Positions 39,904-49,257 of a stretch of 64,000 bases of DNA are shown in pieces. The position numbers and the translations under genes are program-made. Below the pieces are notes generated by a model. It did not search any database and had not been told where the DNA came from. It saw only the letters and a list, made by a program, of their open reading frames with translations. Source of the stretch: Patescibacteria group bacterium (GTDB lineage Bacteria; Patescibacteriota; Microgenomatia; Levybacterales; UBA12049); assembly GCA_023484045.1 (NCBI GenBank), contig JAMDAA010000018.1, positions 4-64,003 on the forward strand, written 5' to 3'. Each line of letters starts with the position of its first letter. Position 1 is the first letter of the stretch.

Positions 39904-40205
39904 AAAAAAGACTTATCGTTTTATTAGGATTAATTATTGTGATCGAAGGACTACTTTCTTACAAAATCACTTATGCATTATTTAAATCATCGGCAAGCAA
40001 TAAAAATAACTCCATCTCTGCCGCAATTAGTTTTCAAACACCAACTCCAACACCAACAGGGACGACGGTTATAATTTCAGGTGATGGCCAAGGGTCGCAA
40101 AATTCGGTCGATGTAATAAATATAAATAATCAAACAACGACTCAGGAAAATAATACGACGACAATAACCGAAATTCAGTCAGTCACAAATACTGATAATA
40201 ATTAA
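39900..40205 (+). CDS. small secreted protein with SipW-cognate signal peptide (TapA-like accessory candidate)
   Basis: 'LLSYKITYALFKSSASN' matches the xTYAxFxD/S cognate signal; Thr/Asn-rich tail. Confidence 0.5.
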   Translation: MKKRLIVLLGLIIVIEGLLSYKITYALFKSSASNKNNSISAAISFQTPTPTPTGTTVIISGDGQGSQNSVDVININNQTTTQENNTTTITEIQSVTNTDNN

Positions 40206-40239
40206 AATGAATTTTACCATGAAAGGAGGTGAATAAAAA

Positions 40240-40839
40240 ATGAATTTAAAGAAAAGAATTGCGGCAGGAATCGTAACAGTTTCCATATTGGCAACCGTAT
40301 TGCCTGCGGCTGTATTCGCTGACACGACCATTAAAATCGATAAAAACGGTAAAAACTCAAAAAATACCGTGACTGTAACAAATAACACCACGTCCAAAAA
40401 AATACAAAAGAATTACTCTCTTGTATTTACCGGTGTGTTGTCTGCAGCCGGAACCGGTGGAAACACAATTGCGGATACAACTGGCGGAACAGGCGACCCT
40501 TCGATCAAAACTGGCAGTGCCACCTCTAAAGTAGATGTAACTGTCGGTGGAAGCTCAAACAAGGGATCTGAAGGCCAATGTCCGTGTGATTTAGGAAAAA
40601 CCGATGTAACCATTTCTGGAAACGGAGACAACTCGACAAATAAAGTTGACGTTAAAAATTCTAGTGGGTCTGTAGTCGTCCAGAAAAACATTTTTACGGT
40701 TGGGACATTAGTCGGTTCGTTCGCGGGAACCGGTGAAAACACGATAAGTGGAACAACAGGAGGCGATTCATCGATTACTTCTGGAAGCGCAAACTCTGAA
40801 GTAACAATAAAAGTTGATGGATCATCTAATAGCTTGTAG
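40240..40839 (+). CDS. secreted Gly/Thr/Asn repeat protein (shares repeat family with the minus-strand giant proteins)
   Basis: signal peptide ending 'AAVFADTTIKI'; repeats 'TGGNTIADTTGGTGDPSIKTGSATSKVDVTV' / 'TGENTISGTTGGDSSITSGSANSEVTIKV'. Confidence 0.6.
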   Translation: MNLKKRIAAGIVTVSILATVLPAAVFADTTIKIDKNGKNSKNTVTVTNNTTSKKIQKNYSLVFTGVLSAAGTGGNTIADTTGGTGDPSIKTGSATSKVDVTVGGSSNKGSEGQCPCDLGKTDVTISGNGDNSTNKVDVKNSSGSVVVQKNIFTVGTLVGSFAGTGENTISGTTGGDSSITSGSANSEVTIKVDGSSNSL

Positions 40840-40862
40840 AACAATCTACTTGCTAAATTTGA

Positions 40863-40907
40863 AAAGCCCTGTTTTCTGGTATACAAAACCCAGAAAGCGG
40901 GGCTTTA
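40863..40907. terminator. bidirectional terminator hairpin between the convergent surface operons
   Basis: long imperfect stem AAGCCCTGTTTTCTGG / CCAGAAAGCGGGGCTT. Confidence 0.45.
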
Positions 40908-40961
40908 GTTATAGAATTCAGAACCTAGAATATAATGTAAAGTAATGTAAAGGTGTAACCT

Positions 40962-41516
40962 TTACATTGGGCGGGCGAAAATGAGGAGACGTTGGAGGGC
41001 TGTGCCGATTGGTGTACAAGTTTGGAGGATTAATTCATTATTTTTGTTTTGGGTAAGATATTTTATATCACCCGGCCAAACGATTTTTTTGTCAAAAACC
41101 GTATACTTATATTCTTTTCCGTCTTTCCTAATAATTACTGAATCGCCGTTATTTAATTCTCCGATCCTTAAAAAAATTGTGTTGTAACGCGTTAGATTCC
41201 ATGGATAATCAGATGAGTGGCCGAAAATATAAATTAATCCTTTTTGTCCCGGATCGACCGTTCCTTTTGCCCTCGCGACACCTTTCTTTAAAACTTCGCG
41301 ATATTCTTTTTCGTTAAACGGATCGACATTTTTGATAATCGGGGAGATGAGTTTAATCTTTGGAATTTCTATGACATAAGATTTACTATCGATTTTAATC
41401 TGGGGCGGGGGCAAAAGATAGGCTGAAATAACCGGATAATAAATAAAAAGAATAATAGTTATCGAAAGGGTTATAAAAATTTCTCCGAGCCGTTTTTTAA
41501 TTTGGATTGATTTCAT
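40962..41516 (-). CDS. sortase family transpeptidase
   Basis: N-terminal TM, catalytic His 'IFGHSS', Cys in 'LILQTCTP' (TLxTC), Arg near C-terminus. Confidence 0.75.
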   Translation of the reverse strand: MKSIQIKKRLGEIFITLSITIILFIYYPVISAYLLPPPQIKIDSKSYVIEIPKIKLISPIIKNVDPFNEKEYREVLKKGVARAKGTVDPGQKGLIYIFGHSSDYPWNLTRYNTIFLRIGELNNGDSVIIRKDGKEYKYTVFDKKIVWPGDIKYLTQNKNNELILQTCTPIGTALQRLLIFARPM

Positions 41517-41587
41517 AATCCGATTTTAACAGAACAGTTAATTTTATTCAAAAAAAATCCTGGCAATGCCAGGACAACAACTTCTAT

Positions 41588-42733
41588 TTACGCTAAAACT
41601 GGAGGAGACACACCAGAGTTAAATCGCAGATACACCCCGGCAAAGAAGAACATTATCGCAAGTATTATTCCAAAAAGCGTCAGGAAATTTCCGGTTGTCG
41701 GAAGACTCGTAACAGATCCCGAAACCGATCCGTTTCCACTGCCGCCTCCACCGATACTTGGTCTTGGATTACCGTCACCGTCTCCCGGTTTTGGTCCCGG
41801 TGGAGGCGGAGGAGGTGGCAGAACAGGAGGTGGATTTTCACCGCCACCTGTGGGTGGAGGCGGAGTTACTTTTTCACAGCAAGTTTTGATTTCCGCTTTT
41901 GATCCATTAATATTCTCGTTTTTAATTGTTACTACGCCAAAAATATTTCCGGTCGCGATTAAAACACTTCCTAAATTTCCGTTTGCCGAGTTACCGCCCG
42001 TGTTTAAATTTTGATAAGCGTTATTTAATATATTCGCGAAATTCGTTTCATTAACTTTAATATTATTTTGGGATAGAAAATTTACATTATTTTGTGAATT
42101 ACTTCCGTTCCCGCCGACAAAAATCGAGAGCGATCCACCCGATCTCTGAGGATCCACATTAATATTAACATTTTTGTTTTCAATACTTGTGACTGCCGTT
42201 ACATTCCCGGTTGTTGTCGAAACGTTTCCGTTATTATCGTTTACAGAATTATTTCCGGTATTAGCGTTTGTAATCACATTGTTAATAATGTTTGCGTAAT
42301 TTGTTTGGTTAATATTTACATTACCTATCACATTTGTAATAACACTATTCGTTGTATCCGAACCGTTATTATTTATTTGAACATTTGTGTTTGTTAGACA
42401 ACACGGATTTTCGGCCGAATTTCGATTTATATTTTGATTATTTATATTCGTCGAAGAGTTTACATTGCCTGCTTGAATATTAGTTTCTGATCCGGTATTT
42501 CCCGACGCCTGATTATTTCCGGTATCGGCATTATTTTGAACATTGTTTTGAATATCTGCCTGATTTGATTGCTGAATGCTTGTATTTTGAGAAACATTAA
42601 CATTAAGCCGAGATTGAGAAGCATCTCCATTCCCCGTAATCGAAAGGTTAATTCCCTCAGCACTTGTCGCGCCAGTAAAACCAAGCACAAAAGGTAAAAT
42701 GATCGATATCGATGCCAATATTTTTCTTAACAT
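41588..42733 (-). CDS. LPXTG-anchored Asn-rich repeat surface protein
   Basis: signal peptide; Asn-rich repeats; Pro-rich stalk 'PPPPTGGGENPPPVLPPPPPPPGPKPG'; C-terminal 'LPTTG' + hydrophobic helix + 'LRFNS' tail. Confidence 0.65.
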   Translation of the reverse strand: MLRKILASISIILPFVLGFTGATSAEGINLSITGNGDASQSRLNVNVSQNTSIQQSNQADIQNNVQNNADTGNNQASGNTGSETNIQAGNVNSSTNINNQNINRNSAENPCCLTNTNVQINNNGSDTTNSVITNVIGNVNINQTNYANIINNVITNANTGNNSVNDNNGNVSTTTGNVTAVTSIENKNVNINVDPQRSGGSLSIFVGGNGSNSQNNVNFLSQNNIKVNETNFANILNNAYQNLNTGGNSANGNLGSVLIATGNIFGVVTIKNENINGSKAEIKTCCEKVTPPPPTGGGENPPPVLPPPPPPPGPKPGDGDGNPRPSIGGGGSGNGSVSGSVTSLPTTGNFLTLFGIILAIMFFFAGVYLRFNSGVSPPVLA

Positions 42734-42788
42734 ACTTTTTATTTATAAACTGCGGCAGAATTTTTCGAAGTGTCCCGCTAAGCGGGAC

Positions 42789-45023
42789 TCAACGGGGCAG
42801 GTTAACATCGCTTTTTAAACGATGTGAAATTTTGAGAAAAGACAATCTTTTTCTAAAAATTACGAATACGATTATCAATGGCAATAATATTAATAACCAT
42901 GCAAGATTTACAGACACTTTTCCGCTTTGTCCACCTACTGTTGTCGACATTCCGAATACACTACTCAAATTTGCGTGATTAGAAACTCCGGCAATTTTCA
43001 CGTCGGCAGTCGTGTATGAATCGCCCAAAGACGAATCGTTGCTGTTTGAACCCGCAACAACCGCTGCTGCTGTCGGAGTAGGCGAAGACGCAGTACCGGA
43101 ATTACCATTATTGTTATTATTATTGTTGTTTGTAGGACTTTGTCCGCCGACCGGATGATTTTCTGGCGCAGATGTTGGATTTTGGGCTAACTTTATGTCA
43201 TCTGCTTTCGGTTGTTTTTCTTGTCCCGGTGTCACAAAATCTCCGAGCCAACTTCCGAAAACATTAACAACCGTCACCATTAATTTTCCGCCTTTTATAT
43301 TGTTGTTAACAAAATTTACGAGGTTTGCGATTACTTTCGCGTCGCCGGTTTTGATCGTCGAATCTCCGCCTGTATTTTTAGACGCATCGTTTCCGCCGGT
43401 ATTTGCCGTTAGGTTAATATTATTGACGACTTTACCCGTGTTTGTCTGAACAGTCGTATTGTTTGTGTTTTGTGAAACATCGGTCGTATTCGTTGAATTA
43501 CTGCCGTTTCCAGAATTTACCGCGGTAATCGTGCCGTCTGCTCCTACTTTAAATTCTGTTCCGTCCGATCCGGCAAAATTACTGCCTGTTGGCGCACCCA
43601 ATAACTTTCCAACCCAGTTTCCTGCTTCATTAACAACCACTAACCACCAATTGACGCCGTCAACATTGCTGTTTGCGATGTTTAAAACATTCGCATCAAC
43701 CGATGTGTTTCCGGTTGTAACAGATGAATTACCATTCGTATTTCCACTGACACTGTTATCTCCCGATATCGCATTAAGAGTTAGGTTATTTTCTATGTTA
43801 GCGTCGTTCTTTTGGAAAGAGTTATTATTTGTTGTCTTGTCATAATTTACAGTATTATCCGAACCCGTTCCGTTTCCTGCATTAGCCAAAGTTGTACTTG
43901 CCCCCGAATTTGCAAATGCCTTGTCAACCTCGCTTTGCGGCAAAATTATGTCGCCGACCAAATTCCCAAAAACATTAACAACTCCGTAAACTACATTTCC
44001 GGCCATATTATTATTAACAAAGTTCAGTACGTTTGCTGCAACATTTGCGTCACCGGTTGTAATCGATGAATTCCCGTCGGTATTTTTAGACGCTGTGTTA
44101 TTTCCGGAGTCGGAAAGAAGCGTCATGTTGTTTCCGACAGTCCCGTCGTTATTTTGAAAAGTCGTGTTATTCGTGTTTTGTGAAAGATTGGCATTATTTG
44201 TGGTATCAGCACCGTTATTTGCGTTTGCGACCATCGCGTTTCCGGATGTTCCACACCCCGAAACACAACTTGCGCCAAAATCCAAAACTATATCGCCGAC
44301 ATGATCGTCTGCGACATTAAATTCAGAAACCGCAACACCCGCAACATTCGTATTTAATCCGGTTATAATCGTACCCGTTGTGTTGGCATTTCCGCTATTA
44401 ATAGTCGAGTCTCCACCTGTATTTTTGGAAGCAGAATTTTGTCCGGATATCGAATCCTGATTAAGATTATTAGAAACTACACCGCTGTTATTTTGAACTA
44501 CAGTACTACCGTCTGTAATATTTGCTGTTCCGTTATTTTCTGACCCAGTTCCATTACTGCTGTTTGCTACCAAAACTCCGCCCGAAACATTGGCCGGATC
44601 AATCGCAGATAAATTACTGTTTCCGAGACTGTTAATAACTCCACTATTTGTTATATCCCCGCTATTAATAGTATTGTCACCGACTTTACCATCTGATGTC
44701 GTCCCGGAAGTCGTAGGAACATTTGTTGCAGTAACTGTTGGGGTCGGAGTCGGATCATCTGAATGATGGCGACGTGGTTTTTCCGTCGGAGTAGGGGTTG
44801 GTGTCGAACTAAGTATTTCATTCAAAGTCGGTGTTGTGGGCGCGGCTGGAACGTCTGGCGCTGTTGGAGCCTGGGGCACATCTGGCGCTGTAGGGGCAGC
44901 AGACGGTACAATCGGCGCATCGGGAGGCGTAGGAATATCAAACGCTCTTACAGGCGGCGCCTGCATTAATAAAAGTACCGCTATCGAAAGTATCGCTAAA
45001 TATTTTTTAATTTTTTTAATCAT
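42789..45023 (-). CDS. giant (744 aa) Asn/Thr/Gly repeat surface protein with Pro/Ala/Thr N-terminal linker and C-terminal TM anchor
   Basis: signal peptide; 'APTAPDVPQAPTAPDVPAAPTTPT' linker; >8 repeats 'SG.N.ASKNTGG.S.I.TG.A.V.AN.LN..N.N..G'; C-terminal 'LLILLPLIIVFVIFRKR'. Confidence 0.65.
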   Translation of the reverse strand: MIKKIKKYLAILSIAVLLLMQAPPVRAFDIPTPPDAPIVPSAAPTAPDVPQAPTAPDVPAAPTTPTLNEILSSTPTPTPTEKPRRHHSDDPTPTPTVTATNVPTTSGTTSDGKVGDNTINSGDITNSGVINSLGNSNLSAIDPANVSGGVLVANSSNGTGSENNGTANITDGSTVVQNNSGVVSNNLNQDSISGQNSASKNTGGDSTINSGNANTTGTIITGLNTNVAGVAVSEFNVADDHVGDIVLDFGASCVSGCGTSGNAMVANANNGADTTNNANLSQNTNNTTFQNNDGTVGNNMTLLSDSGNNTASKNTDGNSSITTGDANVAANVLNFVNNNMAGNVVYGVVNVFGNLVGDIILPQSEVDKAFANSGASTTLANAGNGTGSDNTVNYDKTTNNNSFQKNDANIENNLTLNAISGDNSVSGNTNGNSSVTTGNTSVDANVLNIANSNVDGVNWWLVVVNEAGNWVGKLLGAPTGSNFAGSDGTEFKVGADGTITAVNSGNGSNSTNTTDVSQNTNNTTVQTNTGKVVNNINLTANTGGNDASKNTGGDSTIKTGDAKVIANLVNFVNNNIKGGKLMVTVVNVFGSWLGDFVTPGQEKQPKADDIKLAQNPTSAPENHPVGGQSPTNNNNNNNNGNSGTASSPTPTAAAVVAGSNSNDSSLGDSYTTADVKIAGVSNHANLSSVFGMSTTVGGQSGKVSVNLAWLLILLPLIIVFVIFRKRLSFLKISHRLKSDVNLPR

Positions 45024-45133
45024 GTCTATTTTCCTTTAATTCTTAATTCTGAACTCTAAATTCTAAATTTTTTTCCTGGTGTTTGTAGGGGTTTCGAGGA
45101 AGTGCTCTCGAAACGCCCTACAAACTTACCAAA

Positions 45134-46393
45134 CTAGACTGAAAGACCAAGGCTCAATAATAAATCGTGCAAATTAATAGTTAAATTAACTCCGCCCCAA
45201 TTTAATTCTGGCCAAGTTATTTCGTCTCCAACCTGGTTAACGTTTACAGAATTTTGGATGTCTGTCTTAACGTCTGCATTGCCGGATTCGACTTTTGGAT
45301 CTCCTTTTGGATTTCCAGTATTGTCATCTGCTTCGTTGTTTCCGGTTTTTGCGTCTAAATCGTAAAGATTGTTGTTAAGATAGGCACCATTTGCTTGGAA
45401 AACACCGTCGTCTTGAAGATCTCCAATTTTTCCATCGGATGATAGTGTCGCATCGATTGTGTTATCCGAATCTGTACCGTTTCCTTCGATTGTGGCATTA
45501 ACCTTACCTAGAAGGCATCCGCCGCAATCTATGTCAGCTGCGTTAAAGTTAACTTTATTGTCAACTTTTGCCGTAACATCTGCGTTGCCGCTTTTAATTT
45601 CGACAGCTCCGCCGGTGTTATCATCGGCTTCGTTGTTTCCGGTTTTTGCGTCAACGTTAACATTATTGTCTACGTATGCGCTATTATCCTGAGAAACAAC
45701 TACAGCGCTCGAGTGAGTAAGATCAATCGTATTGTCTGATTCCTCACCGTTACTTATAATGCCGAGGCTCAAATCTCCACCTTTTCCAAGACCATTGCCT
45801 ACTTTTGCAAAATTTGCATTAGCCATTGTCGAAAGCGAGGTATTTACCTTTGCATTTCCGGAGGTGATTTTAACATCTCCGCCTGTATTGTCTTCTGCGC
45901 TGTTATTACCGGTTTTTGCGTCAACATTGACGTCGTTATTAACGTCAGCATTGTTTGTCTGGAAAACAGTCGTTACGTTATTTTTATCAAGATTAACGGT
46001 ATTGTCTGATTCTGTCCCATTTTTCTTGATTTCAACTGTTGTATTTCCAGATGCGCAACAATCAATACTTGCTTGATTGCTGTTAACTTCATTCGTTACG
46101 TTTGCCGTAACATTCGAATTTCCGGATTTTATGGTAACGTTTCCGCCCGTGTTATCATCGGCTGTATTATTACCAGTTTTTGCGTCAACATTAACATTAT
46201 TTGTTATATTGGCGGTGTTGTTTTGTACAACAACTCTTGTCTGGTTCATGGTAACATTCGCGGTATTATTTGTGTCGCTACCGTTTCCGGAAATTTTTAT
46301 TGTCGTATCTGCAAACGCTAATGGCATAAAACCATTAAGCAATAAAGCTCCGGTCGCTATACCTGTTACTAATTTCTTTGTAAATTTTGTCAT
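45134..46393 (-). CDS. secreted Asn-rich repeat protein (419 aa), first gene of minus-strand surface operon
   Basis: signal peptide 'LLLNGFMPLAFADTTIKI'; repeats 'NVNVDAKTGNN.A.DNTGG.V.I.SGNA.V'; paired Cys 'IDCC'/'IDCGGC'. Confidence 0.65.
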   Translation of the reverse strand: MTKFTKKLVTGIATGALLLNGFMPLAFADTTIKISGNGSDTNNTANVTMNQTRVVVQNNTANITNNVNVDAKTGNNTADDNTGGNVTIKSGNSNVTANVTNEVNSNQASIDCCASGNTTVEIKKNGTESDNTVNLDKNNVTTVFQTNNADVNNDVNVDAKTGNNSAEDNTGGDVKITSGNAKVNTSLSTMANANFAKVGNGLGKGGDLSLGIISNGEESDNTIDLTHSSAVVVSQDNSAYVDNNVNVDAKTGNNEADDNTGGAVEIKSGNADVTAKVDNKVNFNAADIDCGGCLLGKVNATIEGNGTDSDNTIDATLSSDGKIGDLQDDGVFQANGAYLNNNLYDLDAKTGNNEADDNTGNPKGDPKVESGNADVKTDIQNSVNVNQVGDEITWPELNWGGVNLTINLHDLLLSLGLSV

Positions 46394-46518
46394 TTATATT
46401 TTCACCTCCCTTCCGATCTGAATTTCCTTCAAAAAATTTTGAAAGATGGCACTTCTTTGCCCCGCTTTAGCGGGACATCTGCCGCATTTTGTTTTTTCTG
46501 CCTAAGCTTGAAAAACAA

Positions 46519-46579
46519 AAAACGGAGGCTCCTTCATTCCATTCTGCAATGCAGAATCGAGTGAAAAAGCCTCCGTTTG
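46519..46579 (-). promoter_or_regulatory. leader terminator-like hairpin (AAACGGAGGCT ... AGCCTCCGTTT + U-run) within ~200-nt 5' UTR of the minus-strand surface operon
   Basis: perfect 11-bp outer stem, inner hairpin TTCTGCATTGCAGAA, followed by TTTTTTGTTTTT on the transcript strand. Confidence 0.4.
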
Positions 46580-46606
46580 CGGTCAGCCTTTTAACTTTGT
46601 AAATAA

Positions 46607-46635
46607 TTTATATAATGTTAAATTTTGTTTGTCAA
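46607..46635 (-). promoter_or_regulatory. sigma70-like promoter (TTGACA-17-TATAAA) for the minus-strand surface operon
   Basis: TTGACA = revcomp of 46630..46635; -10 TATAAA 17 nt downstream. Confidence 0.35.
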
Positions 46636-46691
46636 GGACCAATTTTTAAAAATTGGTCCGCAGACCCGACTTAAATCGCTCTTCGGGTAAG

Positions 46692-46946
46692 TCAAGATTT
46701 CGTTTTAATATTTATTCTATTTCTTATAGTACTTTGAACAATTTGTTGAGCACTCGTCGTCTGAGTTCCTTGTGTTAGGGATTGATCCGTTATCGTGATA
46801 TTTGTTTTTTGAATACTTCTTTTGGAGATCTGAACGACTTTTCCATCCTGGACGTAAATTTCGACACTCCCAAAAATTACACCGTCTAATGCCTTTTCGA
46901 TTTCACCCAAGAGTTTTGAGGAATCCTTCTTCAAAGGGTAACTCAT
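46692..46946 (-). CDS. YezD/DUF2292-family small protein
   Basis: 'GEIEKALDGVIFGSVEIYVQDGKVVQISKRSIQKT' matches the DUF2292 'GSVxIxIQDGKVVQI' core. Confidence 0.5.
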   Translation of the reverse strand: MSYPLKKDSSKLLGEIEKALDGVIFGSVEIYVQDGKVVQISKRSIQKTNITITDQSLTQGTQTTSAQQIVQSTIRNRINIKTKS

Positions 46947-46962
46947 AAATTATAGAATCTTT

Positions 46963-47676
46963 TTATATCTTTTTAAGACTGAGTTTTATCGTTTCTTTTT
47001 TACCGTTAATTTCTCCGACCTGCAATGTTAAAGTCTTGTAATTATCGTCGATCGGAAAACCGAGCCTCGTGAGTTTTGTCGAAATCGCCTGGATTTGAAC
47101 CGGGTCGTTATGAATATCAGCCGCGAGCATTTCAGAATTTCCATTAACCGAAAGCCTTACATAATCTTTACTGTTTATTTCGATCGCTTGTTTATAATCG
47201 TTTGTGATTTTTAGATTAACTATAAGAAAAGTTCTGCCTTTAACAGCGTTTGCTTTTTGACCTTTTATTATAATCGCGTCCTGAAGATCTACGCCTTCGA
47301 CAAGGTATTTAATTTTTGTAACCTCATCGCCTTTACTGTTTTTGATCGGGAATAATAATTCTTTATTAATTGTCTGCGATGCCTTAGTCTGAGGAGCTTG
47401 AACTCTTGTGTCGACGTATTTTGTTTTTCCGGCAAATTTTGTTCCCAAAAAGAACACGCCCACCAAAAGCACAATAACAACGATTGCTCCAATGATAATC
47501 GCAATTATTAAATTATCTTTTTTACTCGTTCGTGGATTAAATTCTGGTCTTTTAATATCTGCGACATGTTCGTTTATTGCAGTACTTATTTTATGAGATG
47601 TGTCGCTGACTGCGTCAAAAAATGTCGTAAGAAAAGTAGGTAACAGTGCTGGCATCGATAATATTCTGTCTCTCAT
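46963..47676 (-). CDS. membrane-anchored DUF4352-like (Ig-fold) protein
   Basis: single N-terminal TM; 'RTFLIVNLKITNDYKQAIEINSKDYVRLSVNGNSEMLAAD' pattern typical of DUF4352 lipoprotein domains. Confidence 0.4.
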   Translation of the reverse strand: MRDRILSMPALLPTFLTTFFDAVSDTSHKISTAINEHVADIKRPEFNPRTSKKDNLIIAIIIGAIVVIVLLVGVFFLGTKFAGKTKYVDTRVQAPQTKASQTINKELLFPIKNSKGDEVTKIKYLVEGVDLQDAIIIKGQKANAVKGRTFLIVNLKITNDYKQAIEINSKDYVRLSVNGNSEMLAADIHNDPVQIQAISTKLTRLGFPIDDNYKTLTLQVGEINGKKETIKLSLKKI

Positions 47677-47802
47677 AGTTAAAATTTTGAAGGCAGAAAA
47701 ATACTCGAGTGCGGACTATGTTAACATAGCGTTTTTTTCTAGTCAAGCCCCAAAAAGATAATTGATTAAATATGATATACTCTAGGATGTTTTCAGACAA
47801 AA

Positions 47803-49257
47803 ATGAACGTTTTCAAAAAAAATTTCATCAATTTATTGCCTTTTGTTATTGTATTTATAAGTTCTTTATACGTTCCGACCGACGCGGATTTAGGATGGCA
47901 TTTAAAATATGGGGAACACTTTTTTAAAACCGGAAAAATTCTGCGTGATAATATTTTTTCAACACAGATGGCCAATTATAAGTGGGTAAATCACTCTTGG
48001 GGAACAGATCTAATTTCGTATTCTATCTTTAATAATTTTGGCTTTCTTGGCTTAACGATTTTAGGAGCGTTAATTGTAACTTTAACTTTTTATTTCTTTT
48101 CGAAAGCGTATAAATTATCGCTTTGGAATAAAACTCTAATTTTCCCTTTGATGCTGTATTTCGTGAACCCGGTAAACTTAATATCGTTTAGATCACAACT
48201 TATCTCAATTCTTTTTACCGGTATTCTGTTTTTCGTTTTATCTAAGCAGGATGAAAACAAAAAATATCTATATTTCCTGCCGCTGATTTTTCTGACTTGG
48301 GCCAATTTGCATGGCGGATTCATTATCGGATTTGCGATATACGCTCTTTGGGTTTTTATCAAAGTAGCAATAGGAATAATTTTAAAAAATAAAGATTTTA
48401 AACGGGAAATATTTTTTTTATTGAGCATTCTTATATTAAGCATAATTGCGTGTTTAATAAATCCGTTCGGAATCGGCGTATTTAAAGAGTCATTTAATCA
48501 TTTTGGAAATCCGGCGTTAAAATATATTATGGAATGGACAAGTTTTGAAGATTTTTCCGATCTTTGGTGGAATCAAATAATAATTATAAATTTGATATTA
48601 ATCGGAACAATTTTTATGTTTTTCAGCGGGAAAATTAGGCAAAATTTACCGTTTATAATTATCGCAATCATCCTTTTTTTAATGTCTTTTACAGAAAGAA
48701 GATACGCGTGGACTGCCTATTATTCGATAATCGTTTTTATTAAGCCGGTCGCAGATTTTTTTAAACCCGACAGTAAAAAATACACAAATTTAGCATCTAC
48801 AATAATTTTAGGAATAACTTTAATCATTGTTATTTTCATAAAAAGTCCGTTTGATCAATATTCGACAATGTCATGGGACAGATATTGTAAGGATTATATT
48901 GGATGTTCTTCAAAATCAGCTGAATTTTTACAAAATTATAAATACGATAAAGAAAAATTATTAACGCTCTACAATTGGGGAGGATGGCTTATCTGGAATT
49001 ACCCAGAAATTAAACCAACGGTCGACGGAAGAATGACGTTGTGGAAAGGAGAAAACGGATATAGTGGATTTTTAGATTATTATTCTTACGAACAAAACTG
49101 GAAAGACATCAATAAGTCGAAATACAACATCGTTTATGTTTCACCTTATAAATCGATTTATAATCGGCTAATTCAATTAACTAAAGAAAAAAAATGGAAA
49201 TTAGTTTACAAAGATAAATATTCCGGAATTTTTGTGAGGAATTCTGTTACGGATTGA
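47803..49257 (+). CDS. polytopic membrane protein, possible GT-C glycosyltransferase/oligosaccharyl-transferase-like
   Basis: ~12 TM helices; N-terminal loop 'DADLGWHLKYGEHFFKTGKILRDNIFS'; no secure family. Confidence 0.4.
   Translation: MNVFKKNFINLLPFVIVFISSLYVPTDADLGWHLKYGEHFFKTGKILRDNIFSTQMANYKWVNHSWGTDLISYSIFNNFGFLGLTILGALIVTLTFYFFSKAYKLSLWNKTLIFPLMLYFVNPVNLISFRSQLISILFTGILFFVLSKQDENKKYLYFLPLIFLTWANLHGGFIIGFAIYALWVFIKVAIGIILKNKDFKREIFFLLSILILSIIACLINPFGIGVFKESFNHFGNPALKYIMEWTSFEDFSDLWWNQIIIINLILIGTIFMFFSGKIRQNLPFIIIAIILFLMSFTERRYAWTAYYSIIVFIKPVADFFKPDSKKYTNLASTIILGITLIIVIFIKSPFDQYSTMSWDRYCKDYIGCSSKSAEFLQNYKYDKEKLLTLYNWGGWLIWNYPEIKPTVDGRMTLWKGENGYSGFLDYYSYEQNWKDINKSKYNIVYVSPYKSIYNRLIQLTKEKKWKLVYKDKYSGIFVRNSVTD

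Noticed and set aside
43195-46421. Nine plus-strand ORFs (60-128 aa) overlapping the minus-strand repeat-protein genes
   Set aside because: Shadow ORFs created by the low-complexity repetitive coding sequence on the opposite strand; no start context and no independent evidence.
46394-46640. c-di-GMP-I riboswitch in the surface-operon leader
   Set aside because: Only a short GGGCAAAG-like segment; none of the diagnostic GEMM helices or tetraloop-receptor elements could be identified by eye.
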